Assembly: GCF_009914755.1 (NCBI RefSeq) | Contig: NC_060937.1 | Length of the DNA: 64,000 nt | Strand: one strand, 5' to 3' | Origin: the human T2T-CHM13v2.0 reference genome, Homo sapiens | Part shown: positions 40,890 to 53,549 of the stretch, in pieces | How the letters are laid out: each line of letters begins with the position of its first letter | Numbering within the stretch: position 1 is the stretch's first letter | The notes under the pieces: generated by a model | What the model was told of the DNA's origin: nothing | Database searches by the model: none | Seen by the model: only the letters and a program-made list of their open reading frames with translations | Translations under genes and position numbers: made by a program

Positions 40890-41344
40890 CAAGGAAACTT
40901 TGATCCTTGGAACAATGAACAAAATTGTGTTGGAGTCTAAGCAAGGTAACTGATGGATATATAAAAGTTTCAATTTTCTGAATTGGAGAATTAGTAGAAA
41001 TAGTGTCCATTCAAATGTCAGAAAAGCAGTTAAAAGCTAGTTGATATAAGTAAATACACATGGATAATATTGATGACATATTATAAATGCCTAGAAAGAA
41101 TAGGTATAATCAATTAGGTTTTCTTACTATGTACTTAAACTATTTAATTTAAACTATAAACATTGTATGCATGCAAGACTTAAAGATCAGAATGAACATA
41201 AAAATGGTTGTCAATTATCTGGAGATTTATAAATACTGAATATAATTGTTTAGAATCAAATGGATAATAATTTATTTATTTGAGTTATTTATTAAATTAT
41301 CTGACTATTTGGATTAGATAGAAATAGCTTCAAATGTTAGCTAT

Positions 41345-41770
41345 TGCTGCAGTTCGTACCCTCCAAATCTCATGTAGAAATGTTATCCCCAGTGTTGGAA
41401 GTGGGGCCAAATGGGAGATGTTTGGGTAATGGGGGCAAAGCCCTCATGAATGTCTTGGTGCTGTTCTCATGGTAATGAGTGTGTTCTCGATTCCCAGGAG
41501 AGCTAATTCCCAGGAGAGCTAGTTGTTGAAAAGAGCCTAGCACCTCTCCCCTCTTTTTTGCTTCCCCTCTTGTTGTATGTTCTCTACATATGCCTGATCC
41601 CCTTCACCTCCCACCATGAGTGGAAGGAGACTGAAGACCTCACCAGAAGCAGACGCTGGTGCCAAGCTTCTTGTACAATGTGCAGAAGCATGAGCCAAAT
41701 CAACATCTTTTCTTTACAAATTACCCAGCCTCAGGTATTCCTTTATAGCAACACTAAATAAACGAAAATG
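41345..41770 (+). mobile_element. MSTA/MSTB MaLR solo LTR
   Basis: ccctccaaatctcatgtagaaatgttatccccagtgttggaagtgggg...cctcaggtattcctttatagcaaca. TSD gctat. Confidence 0.85.
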
Positions 41771-43262
41771 GCTATACAAGGCAAATTGGATTTCAAATTA
41801 TTTCAAGGAATTGGCTATTAAATAATGTTAACTATTACTAATTTCCATAATATAATCTAATTGAATTCAATTAGCTTTTACAAAATTAACTGTGTGTATG
41901 TATAGTGTTAGAGAATTTTTATAATATAATTTCATAAATAAAATATTTTAGTTACTATAAATGCATGCTATTTGCTTTTATTAACAGAATTCACAGTGAT
42001 GACTACTGTACATAAATAATACAACATTATGAATCTGTTATTTTTCCTACAAAATGTGTTGTCGGATGGCTGCCCCTTAAAATATTAATGTTGTGGGATG
42101 TAGGATAACTAAGGATTTAAAGAGCTTAACCATCGTTGATCTATACTTTTAAAATTACACCACTGATAATACTTTAGATGTCCTGTTGAAAATGAAGTGG
42201 CAATATTCCAGAATTGCTCTAATTTTTCATATTCTCCAAGCAGGAAACACATTAAGGCTTTCATCTTTGGGGCAGCACAGGGTGCCATTTAGCAAAGTCA
42301 AATGAAACTTTTTAATGTAAATAATGGAATAGAAACATTCACTTATTAACGGAGTATCTGTGAACAAAAGATGTATTTGTTACAACTGATAAGGAATCTT
42401 ATGTCTATGGGTGAAAAAGGTTATGTTTTAGTACCTTTGCAACCATCAGTACAATGTTTGTTTAAGATAAGAGCTGTTATATTAACTACACTTATTACAG
42501 GCAATAGTAAATAATTTTCAAATGAGAAACAAATAGTGAAAAGCAAAAGTGAAGTAAATAAAGTGAAAATAAAGTTAAAAAGTGAATTTTTTATTAATTT
42601 TTTTATTGTCTTTTAAAATATCATCTTATTGCTGGTTCTCCAAGAGAAATAATAATTAAATAAAATCTTTTGCTGATTTCCTTACAATATTACTTATCAG
42701 TTGATCTATTGGTCTATCTATTGTTTAATCAGTGTTTTTCCAATACTATATAAAACTCGTAGATGACACATAAAGTTTTTCCAAGGGTGTGTTTTTAGAA
42801 ATCTAAAAATAATATTTAAAAAGCAATAAAATTGGCTTCATAAGTAGCATACTACATGCTAATTATTATCAAATTTGAATTATTTAATATAGGAATATTC
42901 ATTTTGGTCTAAAATCTTATTTCATCAAAATAATTTTGGCAGGCAGAGTTAAATTTTTTAAATAGGTTTAAGATATAAATGTGTTTTTTAAACTTATTTG
43001 GAAATAATTTCAAATGTACAAAAAAACAAAAAGGAAGCTAGTACAAAAAGTGCCATATATTCCTTTATATACTAACATTTTATTCTGTTTGTTTTCTAAT
43101 TGGATGTATATGTGTGTTTTATTAAACATTTGAGGGTAAGTAATATACTTCATGACTCTTCCTCCTAAGCGTCTCAGCTTATGTTGCTTACACATAGGGA
43201 TAGCCTTACTTAACCACAATACAATAACTTAATATAATTATTAACTTCAGCAATTAACACTT

Positions 43263-43624
43263 TGATATGGTTTGGCTGTGTCCCCACCCAAATCTCATCT
43301 TGAATTGTAGCTCCCATAATTCCCACGTGTTGTGGGAGGGACCAGGTGGGAGATAATTGAATCACGGCAACAGGTTCCCCATGCTGTTCTCCTGGTAGTG
43401 AATAAGTCTCATGAGAGCTGATGGTTTTATAAGGGGAAACCCCTTTTGCTTGGTTCTCATTCTCTCTTTGCCTGCCACCACGTAAGACATGCCTTTCACC
43501 TTCTGCCATGACTGTGAGGCCTTCCCAGCCACATGGAACTGTAAGTCCACTAAGCCTCTTTTCATTTATAAATTACTCAGTGTTGGGTATGTCTTTATCA
43601 GCAGTGTGAAAACAGACTAACACA
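43263..43624 (+). mobile_element. THE1B/C solo LTR
   Basis: tgatatggtttggctgtgtccccacccaaatctcatcttgaattgtagctccc...gactaacaca. TSD cactt/ccctt. Confidence 0.92.
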
Positions 43625-44474
43625 CCCTTATTTAGTCAACCACCATGCTTCCAGTTTTCTCACATGACCCAATAATATCCATTATATTACTTTTCTCCGT
43701 TAGTACAGGATCCAGTCTAGATTCAGGAATTGTTTTTAATTGTTAAGCCTCATTAGCCTTCTTTAATCTGAAACATTTCTTTAGCCATCCTTTTTCTTTG
43801 ATGACACTGGCACTTATAAATAATAAAGTCCTATATTCTAACAGAATATTCCTCATTTCATGTTTGCCTGACACACCTTCATGATTAGATTCAGGTTATG
43901 CATCCCCAGGTGGGGATACTGCATTGATGATGTTATCGCCTCTCAGGTGGTATTCAATGTTCATCTGCCCCTTACTAATGAAGTTAATTTGGGTCTCTAG
44001 CCAAGGTGTTTTCTGATTTCTTCACTGTGCAATTACTAATCTTCCCCCTGAATCTAGGATGAAGTCTAGGAAGAGACTCTTCAAGACCATGAAGATAATT
44101 CTGATCATATAAATGTAGTATTCACTGATGATTCTTTCCTCAGCAGATCTTTACTATGATGGCTGCAAAAGCCTGATTTTTCAACTCCAGCATTTCCTCA
44201 ACATTTGTCAGTCAATCCTGAGCATGCTACTGTGATCAGTAGCCTCCCCTCTCCTGAGTTCCTTCCTTGTTTTATGTATCCATTTATGTATCTTTGTTTT
44301 ATGTACCCATTATGTATCCATTCATCTATCAAATGATTATCAGGGTGCAGGAAGACATTTCATCGTGGTTTTTGTGGTTTATAATTCATCCCTGGACTTC
44401 ATTATTTTGCTGCTCCAATTGCCCAGATTTGACCAGTAGCAGCCCCCTCAAGCTGGATCCTATGTCCCTGTAAC

Positions 44475-45290
44475 ATAGTCATCTCTCAGTATCCCTGGGG
44501 GATTTGTTCCAGGAGCCCTGAGGACACCAAACTCATGGATGCTCAAGTCCTTGGTACTACAAAATGGTGTAGTATTTGCATATAACCTGTGCACATCCTC
44601 CTGTCTATGCTAAATCAGGGGTCCCCAACCCCCATACCATGGACCAGAACTGGTCCGTGGCCTGTTAGGAACATGACTGCACAGCAGGAGGTGAGCTGCA
44701 GACCAGTAGGTGAAGCTGAGCTCTACCTCCTATTAGATCTGGCAACAGCATTAGATTCTCACAGGAGCGTGAACCCAATTGTGAACTGCGAGGGATCTAG
44801 GTGGCATGCTCCTTATGTGAAGCTAATGCTTGATGATCCATCAACTGTCTCCCATCACCCCCAGATGGGACCATCCAGGTTCAGGAAAACAAGCTCAGGG
44901 CCACCACTGATTCTACATTACAGTGAATATGTAGTAATAATAGAAATAAAGTGCACAATAAATGTAATGCACATGAATCTTTCTGAAAATACACCACCCC
45001 CACCCCCCACCAACCCTGGTCTGTGGAAAAATTGTCTTCCACAAAACTGGTCCCTGGTGCCAAAAAGGTTGGGGACCACTGCTCTAAATCACTTCTAGAT
45101 TACTTATAATACCTAATACAATGTAAATGCTATGTAAGTAGTTGTTATATTGTATTGTTTAGGGTATAATAACAAGAAAAAAGCCTGTACATGTTCAACA
45201 CAGATGCAACCATCCTTTTTTAAAATATATTTTCAATCCTCATTGGCTGAATTTGTGGATAGGGAACCCGCAGATATGGACAGAAGACTG
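44475..45290 (+). mobile_element. MER2 (Tigger family) split by MER1A
   Basis: cagtatccctgggggatttgttccaggag...gtagtatttgcatataacc|agattacttataatacctaatacaatgtaaatgc...gaacccgcagatatgga. Confidence 0.85.
44616..45081 (+). mobile_element. MER1A hAT-Charlie element
   Basis: Terminal inverted repeats caggggtccccaacc / ggttggggaccactg. 8-bp TSD tgctaaat/ctctaaat. Confidence 0.88.
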
Positions 45291-45892
45291 TACTTCTTTT
45301 TGGCTTTTATCTGTTTGTTTTTAGTTCTTCCTTACCTTCTGGCACAATAAGATTTTCATTCCGGGTTCATCTTATACTTACTCTGTCTTCTCCTAGAGAT
45401 CAGCCATTTCTCCAAAGAGCCCTGGTTTCTTGTGGAATAATATTAGACACCAATATCTGAGTGTTGGGTGTGCTCTCTAAACGTATTTGTAATAACTGAT
45501 GAAAACTAGCTACTTTATGTCAAACAGTTGAATTCATTCTTTGACTAAATGAGATCTGGCTTAAGTGTGTAAGCAACACCTAGTTCTAGTTTATCTCATA
45601 TATACTGAGATTTTATACAAATAGTAAAAATATTATAGAGCTTTTCTGAACCCCTAAAAAACTTTTAAAAATATGCTATACTTACACCATGATGGTACTC
45701 TTTAGTGGTACATAGAGGCCATCAGATATTTGAAGACATTTCTTTACATAGTTAAGATCAATTTAGCAAACCATTTTTTGAAAGAATAGGAGATTGGTAT
45801 AACTCTTTTGGTGATGGAAAAATTATTTCACAGATGATGCCTCAATTTCCTATAAGGGTCCAACATTTCAAAAAAACCTGAAACTCCACATC

Positions 45893-46113
45893 CAAGACTG
45901 GGCAACAGGGTGAGACCCCGTCTCAAAAAAAAAAAAAAAAATCCAAATATCAGCTGGGTGTGGCAGTGCAAGCCTGTAGTTCTGGCTACTCTGTAGGCTG
46001 AGGTGTGAGGATTGCTTGAGCCTGGGAGGTTGAGGCTGTGTTGAGCCATGATGGCGCCACTGCACTCCAGCCGGGCAAGAGATTGAGACCCTGTCTCAAA
46101 CAAAACAAAACAA
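45893..46113 (+). mobile_element. 5'-truncated AluJ
   Basis: End of left arm, A-tract and right arm. TSD actccacatcca/accccacatcca. Confidence 0.85.
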
Positions 46114-46264
46114 ACCCCACATCCACATGTCTACATATATCTACCTGAGTCTAACTTTTTAATGTTTTATCAACGCATGACATCAAATGTAAGAATTCGT
46201 GATATCCTCTCCAATGTGAGCTATTTAGCAGTAAGGCTTCATTACAGGTTGTTTCTCTTTCTTA

Positions 46265-46523
46265 GGGACACGCTCTCTGGGCACAATCATGGCTCACTGC
46301 AGCCTCAACCACCTGGGCTCAAGCCATCTCCCATCTCAGCCTCCTGAATAGTTGAGACTACAGGCACTCACCACCACATGCCTGGGTACTTTTTTTTTTT
46401 TTTAAGTAGAGATGAGGTCTCACTATGCTGCCCAGGCTGATCTCAAACTCCTAAGCTCAAGAGATCCTGTTGCCTTGGCTTCCCAAATTGCTGGGATTAT
46501 AGGCATGGCCACCACACCCGGCC
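46265..46523 (-). mobile_element. AluJ (partial)
   Basis: cacaatcatggctcactgcagcctcaaccacctgggctcaagc...ccacacccggcc. Confidence 0.87.
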
Positions 46524-47109
46524 TAAATCAATTCTTTATTAAGCACTTAAGCTACTGAGTGGTATCATCAAAATAATAATCACAATGATAACAGCTAATA
46601 TCTAAATAGTGCTTACTATATTCCAAGAACTCTTCTAATGTGTATCCTCAGCCAAATTTCAAGATTATCTGCAGAAACTACGTATTTCAATATTTAAAAT
46701 ATATATACATATATCAAGTGTAGGTGTACATTCAGGAGAGTTTTACCTCCATAATTCTGTTTCACTGATGAAATAACCTAGGCCCAAAATAGGAAGTGAA
46801 ATAATCAAAACAAGTTTCTAAGAGCCCCATAAAGTGCACTAGTTTCTGCTTATGGAAGTGACCCAACTCAGAGGGAAATTAAGTGGGTTTTCTGCTGTGA
46901 TCTCATTAGTACTTGGGGAAAACCTCCAGCTTGCAAACTACTGAATAAAATGCATATTTCTGCCTAGAACTTTCATCTAACTGATAGCTTATCTATTGAA
47001 ACACATTACTTTCTAATACTATCCCATAACAAACATCCCACGTTAGAAAATATAAACCAATTATAAGCCAAAGATGGAAATCAGAGACATGAAATGGCTG
47101 GGGTTCTGC

Positions 47110-47423
47110 TTTTTTTTTTTCTTTTTTCTTTTTTTCTTTTTTCTTTTTTTTTTTTTTTTGAGTTGGAGTCTTGCTGTTGCCCAGGCTGGAGTGCAGTGGT
47201 GCAACCTCGGCTCGCTGCAACCTCTGCCTCCAGGGTTCAAGTTATTCTCCTACCTCAGCCTCCTGAGTAGCTAGGATTATAGGCATCCGACTATGCCCAG
47301 CTAATTTTTTTTTTGTATTTTTAGTAGAGACAGGGTTTCGCCATGTTGGCCAGGCTGGTCTTGAACTCCTGACCTCAAGTGATCCGCCCACCTCGGCCTC
47401 CCAAAGTGCTGGGATTACAGGCA
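47110..47423 (-). mobile_element. AluSx/Sz with long T-rich tail
   Basis: Dimer lacking the first ~20 nt; tail about 50 nt. Confidence 0.92.
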
Positions 47424-47607
47424 CTATTTCTTATTTTAGAGTACATGAGCCTGCTAGGTAAAGAAAGACCACCATTTCCTTTAGCTTTGTCCCCTTTGTC
47501 ATCACTCTCCTGTAAGATAAATTTTCCTTCATGAGATTGTAGTACAAACACCCAATTAGAAAAACAGTCCTTTAGAATATCCATTTGTTCACTCATCCAT
47601 TGATTCA

Positions 47608-48323
47608 TTTTTTTTGAGTCAGGGTGTATTAGTCCATTCTTGCACTCCTATAAATAAATACCTGAGACTGGGTGATTTATAAAGAAAAGAAGTGTAATTG
47701 GCTCACCGTTCTGCAGGCTGTAGAGAAAGCATGGCAGCTTCTGCTTCTGGGGAGGCCTTGGCAAATTTACAATCATGATGGAAGGCAAAGAGGAAGCAGG
47801 CACATTTTACATGGCCAGAGCAGGAAGAAAAGGGGGGCAGGGGAGAGGCTACACACTTTTAAACAACCAGATCTCACGATATCTCACTATCACGAGAGCA
47901 GCACCGAGGGGATAGTGCTAAACCATTCATGAGAACTCCACCCCCATAATCCAATCACCTCCCACCAGGTCCCACGTCCAACACTGAGGATTACAATTTG
48001 ACATGAGATTTGGTGGGGACATAGCTCCAAACCATATCATGGGATCTTGCTCTGTCACTCAGGCTGGAGTGCAGTGGTGTGATTATAGTTTGCTGCAGCC
48101 CTGACCTCCTGGGCTCAAGCAATTGACCTGCCTCAGCCTCCCAAGCAGCTATGACTACAAGTACATGCCACCATGCCCAGCTAATTTTGTAAACTTTTTT
48201 TTTTGTAGAGACAGGGTCTCACAATGTTGCCCAAGCTGGTCTCAAACTCCTGGCCTCAAGCATTCCTCCTGCCTTGGCCTCCCAAAGTGCTGGGATTACA
48301 TGCATGAGCTGCCTCACCCAGCC
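47608..48323 (-). mobile_element. AluJ interrupted by an MSTA LTR
   Basis: ttttttgagtcaggg|[LTR]|tgggatcttgctctgtcactcaggctggagtgc... Confidence 0.85.
47625..48039 (-). mobile_element. MSTA solo LTR
   Basis: tgtattagtccattcttgcac...cctgagactgggtgatttataaagaaaagaag...ccaaaccatatca. Confidence 0.9.
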
Positions 48324-48746
48324 TCAACTCTTTTATTCAACACCTACTATGTGTCATGCATTATTTCAAACATGGGAATACAGTAAGTTCCTGTCTTTAT
48401 AGATCTAATATCCCAGTGCAATTGTAAAGACAGTCAGCCAAAAAAAAAAGAAAAGAAATTTAATGCCAGGTTTTTCAAAAGTGCATTAAGAAAAATTAAG
48501 CAGTATACGTATAATTATTTCTCTTATGAGTTTAATGTAAACTTCAGTTGCAACAGGAAAGACAGCAGTGAAGCCATGCCACTAATCTGCCTGCAAAGTA
48601 AAGGTGGTACATGGTTTTATGTCTCAGCCTCCCTTTCTGTAGTCTAATTTTAAATTATCATTTGCTGTGAGAAAGGAAACTTTTTGTATGTTTTATGGTT
48701 TCATTTGAATTGCAGGAGACCTGTGATATCACTTTTGAGAAAATTC

Positions 48747-49029
48747 TTTTTTTTTTTTTTAATTTGAGACAGGCTCTTGGTCTGTGGCCCAGGCTGGAGT
48801 TCAGCTCACTGCAACCTCTGTGTCCTGGGCTCAGGTGATCCTCCCACCTCAGCCTTCCGAGTAGCTGGGACTACAGGCATGCACCATCATGCCCAGCTAA
48901 TTTTTCTTTTAGTAGAGATGGCGTTCTTCATGTTGCCCAGGCTGGTCTCAAACTCCTGGGCTCAAGCAAGGTGCCCACATCCACTTCCTAAAGTGTTGGG
49001 ATTGCAGGTGTGAGCAATTGTGCCCAGCT
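48747..49029 (-). mobile_element. AluJ
   Basis: Diverged dimer; TSD gagaaaattctt/gaggaaattctt. Confidence 0.9.
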
Positions 49030-49960
49030 GAGGAAATTCTTATTAATCAAATCTTTACTAAGGAGGAAGGTTAACCTATTCTGTTGTTATTTACTACCAA
49101 TGCCTGGCATACCCAGAGAGCTTGCCAGGAGAAGTTAACTGCAGGAGAAGTTAACTGCATGAGTATAAATACACATCTTTTCTTTTAAATAAGTCTCAGT
49201 AGTCAGTGAGTAGATTTTCACTATCATAAAGTATTGTCTTTAGAGAGATAAAAATGCTACTGTCAGAAGACTTGTTCTCTCCTGTTGGGTGTTGCAAACA
49301 GATTTTCTTAATTATAGAACTGTCCTTTTTTTTTTGCTTTTATGAGGCTGCACTAAACTGTTTTAGATTTACTCTTACAATTAGTTTATTTTACAATAAG
49401 TTCACTGGACTCTTGTGACTCATCTTAATACTATACTTAATCCCAGATTTGAGATTTATTAGAGTCTCAGAGCCCTGAAATCAGCCAAGTCCCTCCCTCT
49501 GCCCAGACTCTCACACAGGGAGAATACTAAGGATAGGCCTAAAGTTGGATGGTTTGGATTTTCACAAAGAAAGATCTTTTGTTCTCCTCCAGGAACTAAA
49601 CGAAACATGTCATTAGGCCAACTCTTGCAGTCAATGTCAAGGAGTCAAGCAGAGGCCGCTTAGCTGAAAAATAGGCAAGTTTTTGAAGGAAAGACATTTT
49701 TTTAGAAAACTGCCCTTGTTACATGTACTCTTAGATAATGATCATCTTAATTTTCCCTGTGTTTCCTATAATAATTTCATTTTTTCTCCTTGACTAATTC
49801 ATTTATAGAAATGTAGTGATGACACACTACTTCAACTGTATTAATTATCTGACACACTTATTTATAAATCCATCTGCCTTTTTCCCCCATAATCGTTTAT
49901 GCCCACCTTTAGGTTACACCCAAGGTTCTGAGGATTAGCAGTTATGCGTAACAGTGGATA

Positions 49961-50398
49961 TGAAACTGATCCAGTAGTCCCATAGTTTTTTTATAAACAT
50001 AAAAATTGACTCATATGATCTTAAAATTTGAAACTTAACATTTGTTTTATCTAAATTTCTTCCTCAGAAAACCAACCTTCAGGCCTCTTTTAAAAAAAGT
50101 GTCAAATAACTGAAACTCACGAGATCACCACATCAGATGCCGACCCTTCAATCGTCATGATTGCTTCCTTGCCCTTCAATAGTTCCTGTTTTCTTACACA
50201 TTGTCACATTTCTTCCCTGCTATATGAGCCCCTAGTTTTAGTCCATCAGGGAGATGGATTTGAGACTGAGCTCCCAACTCCTCAGCTGCAGCGCCCAATT
50301 AAAGCCTTCTTCCTTGTCAGTAGTGTATTGTGTCAGTGATGGGCTTTCCATGCAATGAGCAGCAGCACCTAGACCAAATCCCTGGTGTTTCAGTAACA
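49961..50398 (+). mobile_element. MER66-like ERV1 solo LTR
   Basis: tgaaactgatccagtagtcccatag...ggtgtttcagtaaca. 4-bp TSD gata; ATTAAA. Confidence 0.75.
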
Positions 50399-50921
50399 GA
50401 TATGTAAATGGTCCCAGCCACACCTTCTGAGACTCACCATTATGGGCAGCAGTCCAGTGCTAACACAGTGCACTAGGTCTGATGGATCAGGGCCTGCTTT
50501 TGCTTCTGTTTTTCTGATTTCCAGTTTTGCTTACAACTCAGTGCCCCATAGAACTGAAGTTCTTCCAAGCCCTTACCAATTCCTGTCCTAGAATCTGGAG
50601 TCCTTTCCTAAATTTCTTTCCCTAAACTGGTGTTTGGATCTTTGCTGCCCATCGAATAGTAACACATTTAGGAAAACATTCAGAGAACTCAGGCAAATCT
50701 GGAAAATTTTATGATCACAGCATCGTACTGCTAAAATTAGCCTCATCGCCCACCCATGTTTGGTTTCTAATAATTTTATATTACTGGACTTTATAAAATT
50801 ATAAAATCAAAACATCTAATGCAATTTTTACATTATTCACCAAATTCCTAATGAAATATTGTTTTTATACTCAAAGTGTTTTTCAAAAGATGTAATTAGA
50901 AAAGAAAGTGGTAATGATATC

Positions 50922-51306
50922 TGATATGGTTTGGCTCTGTTTCCCTACTCAAATTTCATCTCAAATTTTAATCCCTATGTGTCAGTAGAGGGGTCTGGTG
51001 AGAAGTGATTGAATCATGGAGACAGACTTCCCCCTTCCTGTTTTAATGATAGTGAGTGAGTTCTCATGAGATCTGGTTGTTTGAAAGTGTGTGGCACTTC
51101 CCCCTTCACTCTCCCTCTCTCCTGAAACCGTGTGAAGAAAGTCCTTGCTTCCTCTTCACCTTCTGGCATGATTGTAAGTTTCCTGAGGCCTCCCAGTCAT
51201 GCTTCCTGTTAAGCCTGCAGAACTGTGAGTTAACTAAACCTCTTTTCTTCATCATTTACCCAGTCTCAGGTAGTTCTTTATAGCAGTGTGAAAATGGACT
51301 AATAGA
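50922..51306 (+). mobile_element. THE1D-like solo LTR
   Basis: tgatatggtttggctctgtttccc...gattgtaagtttcctgaggcctcccag...tttatagcagtgtgaaaatggactaat. Confidence 0.87.
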
Positions 51307-53100
51307 ACACGTGAAAAATATAAACAATGTTTCAACTTTTTATATACTTATTGGGATAATAGTTCCACTAGCTCAAGTTAAATCAATGGGGTATTTATAT
51401 TCAAAATAGAAGAAAAGAACCAACCACTTTGAAATCTCATTGTCTTAAAGACAGTAAGATAGAAATGTTGCTCTGTAAAGAGCATTAACAAATATTAAAA
51501 TGTCGTTAAGAAATATTGTTATTTCCAGGAAATAATACAAGTAACAAAAATGAAAGTATGTACAGTTGTTTGACATGATGGAGAGTCTAGATTTTTTATA
51601 ATTGAGAACATAAAGACATTTCACCAAGTAAAGAAACTACCATATTATCTATCCATGTTGTAATACATTATTTCAAGGTTCTTATTTTCAACGTGAGTTA
51701 GAAGAGTCCCAGAAGTCTACAACAAAAAGAATAAATGAAGAAAGAATATTGTTGGATAGTACTATCAAGGCAGGCAAATTTATAGTATTTTCTGTTAATA
51801 ACACAATATTAAAATAATTATGCCTTTTATCAAATTTTAGAGTTTAAGCATTAGCCATGTATTTTCTTTAATTATCTTTATACTAAAAATACTCATAAGT
51901 TATTTCTTTATGTGTTCTTCAAATACAATGAAGAACATTTAACAATTCCTGATACTGAGACATGACAGAAATTTTTCCTGTGGATACTTAAGAGGAAATA
52001 ACAACATAAAAAGCATGCATTTTAAAACATCCTTACAGCAAATACAGCTATTTCTTTTAACATCCCTCAATGTAATGAAATGGTTACATAGTAAAAAAAA
52101 AAAAATGTTCCATAAAAGAGATCCTTTGGAGATTAACGGGTTTAGAAAACAATATAGTCCACATATAAATTTTTGTTGGCGTTGTTGAATCCATGAATAT
52201 ATTTCAGAGCAGGTTTTTTTTTTTTTTTTTTTTTTTGGAAATCAGACACTGAAGAGAATTGAAGGTGAGGGGGTTGGAGAGTGAATAGAATATCACCATA
52301 GAGAAATGCACATAAGCACAGTATTTTGCATAGGTATTTCCAAAAGTTCCACAATGCACAAACATAAACTTCAGCTTTTCAAACTGCAGGTCCAAACCTA
52401 TCAGAAATTGATGAAATCACTCTGATGGGCTGGAATGGGCAGTTTACAAAGCAAAATGCTTCTGGTAAGGTTTTGGCAGTAGCAATACGGTTTTGGAATC
52501 TCCTTTAATTTCTCCAAGAAAATAGACAGGCAAGCAAGAATAGCAAATCCAGAAACATCTAAAAGAAAACTTTAGAAATCTATAATGCAAGTGTGAGCAT
52601 ATGGGAACAGACCATAAAGAGCTATGAGACACAGAGGGAATCACCATCTGACTGGCAGGAAGTGGAGAGAAGGGAACTGGCTTGATAGTCTTAAGAATAA
52701 TGAACAATCTAATTGCCATAGAGTACTCACTGGAAATTGCAGCAGGCCACTTTGAGAACAGAATCCAAAACCACAAAGGGTTTCTACGGGACTCAATTCA
52801 TGAATAAATACAGAGTATTAAAGTATGATGTGGTCTAATGGTGCCCAAGGACTCTGAATCCTGTAGAGTACTAAACTAATATACCATACTGATTTTAGAG
52901 ACAAATTCCCCTGCTGAGGATTAGAATTCAATGGGAATAGAATCCAAATCGAACAGAGAGAGAAACAGGAATGACATAGGAAAAAGAAGGTTTTGATAAA
53001 AATTGAGGGGAAGAACAAAGGATGCCTATCTCAAAAAGCATGAGATACAATCTTTATCATTGTCTCAACCAAAGAGGGAGCTCTAGAGCCAAGAAGCCAA

Positions 53101-53448
53101 AAAAACTGTCTTGACCTACTCTCCCTCCTTGAAAGAACAAAATTACCTTCCTACAGTCCAGGAAAACCTGCCAGAAAAATACGTCCCCAGAAAGAAGATA
53201 TATATTTATATATATATATGATATATATAATTATATATATGTGATATATATATCATATATATCATATATATTTATATTATATATTATATATATTATATAT
53301 AATATATATAATATATATCATATATATATCATATATATCATATATATATATCTTTTTTCTGGGGACGTGTTTTTCTGGCAGGTTTTCCTGGACTGTAGGA
53401 AGGTAATTTTGTTCTTTCAAGGAGGGAGAGTAGGTCAAGACAGTTTTT
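53101..53448. repeat. Long inverted repeat (105-bp arms) around a (TA)-rich quasi-palindromic spacer
   Basis: 53101-53205 is the reverse complement of 53344-53448 with 2 mismatches (53180/53369 and 53194/53355). Confidence 0.97.
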
Positions 53449-53549
53449 ATATAATTTATATAATATATATATTTATATATTATATGTTTATATATATTTA
53501 TATAATATATATAATTTATATAATAATATGTATATAATTTATACATATA
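53449..53549. repeat. (TA)-rich low-complexity tract
   Basis: Degenerate TA repeat directly after the right arm. Confidence 0.9.

Larger units (their letters stand above)
42980..45480 (-). mobile_element. L1MC/MD-like 3'UTR hosting THE1, MER2 and MER1A insertions
   Basis: Degenerate L1MC 3' motifs (gattagattcaggttatgcat; tgctccaattgcccagatttgaccagt; cagccatttctccaaagagccctgg). Confidence 0.7.

Noticed and set aside
44589-45098. 169-aa ORF
   Set aside because: It spans the MER2/MER1A junctions and is a chance frame in a non-autonomous element.
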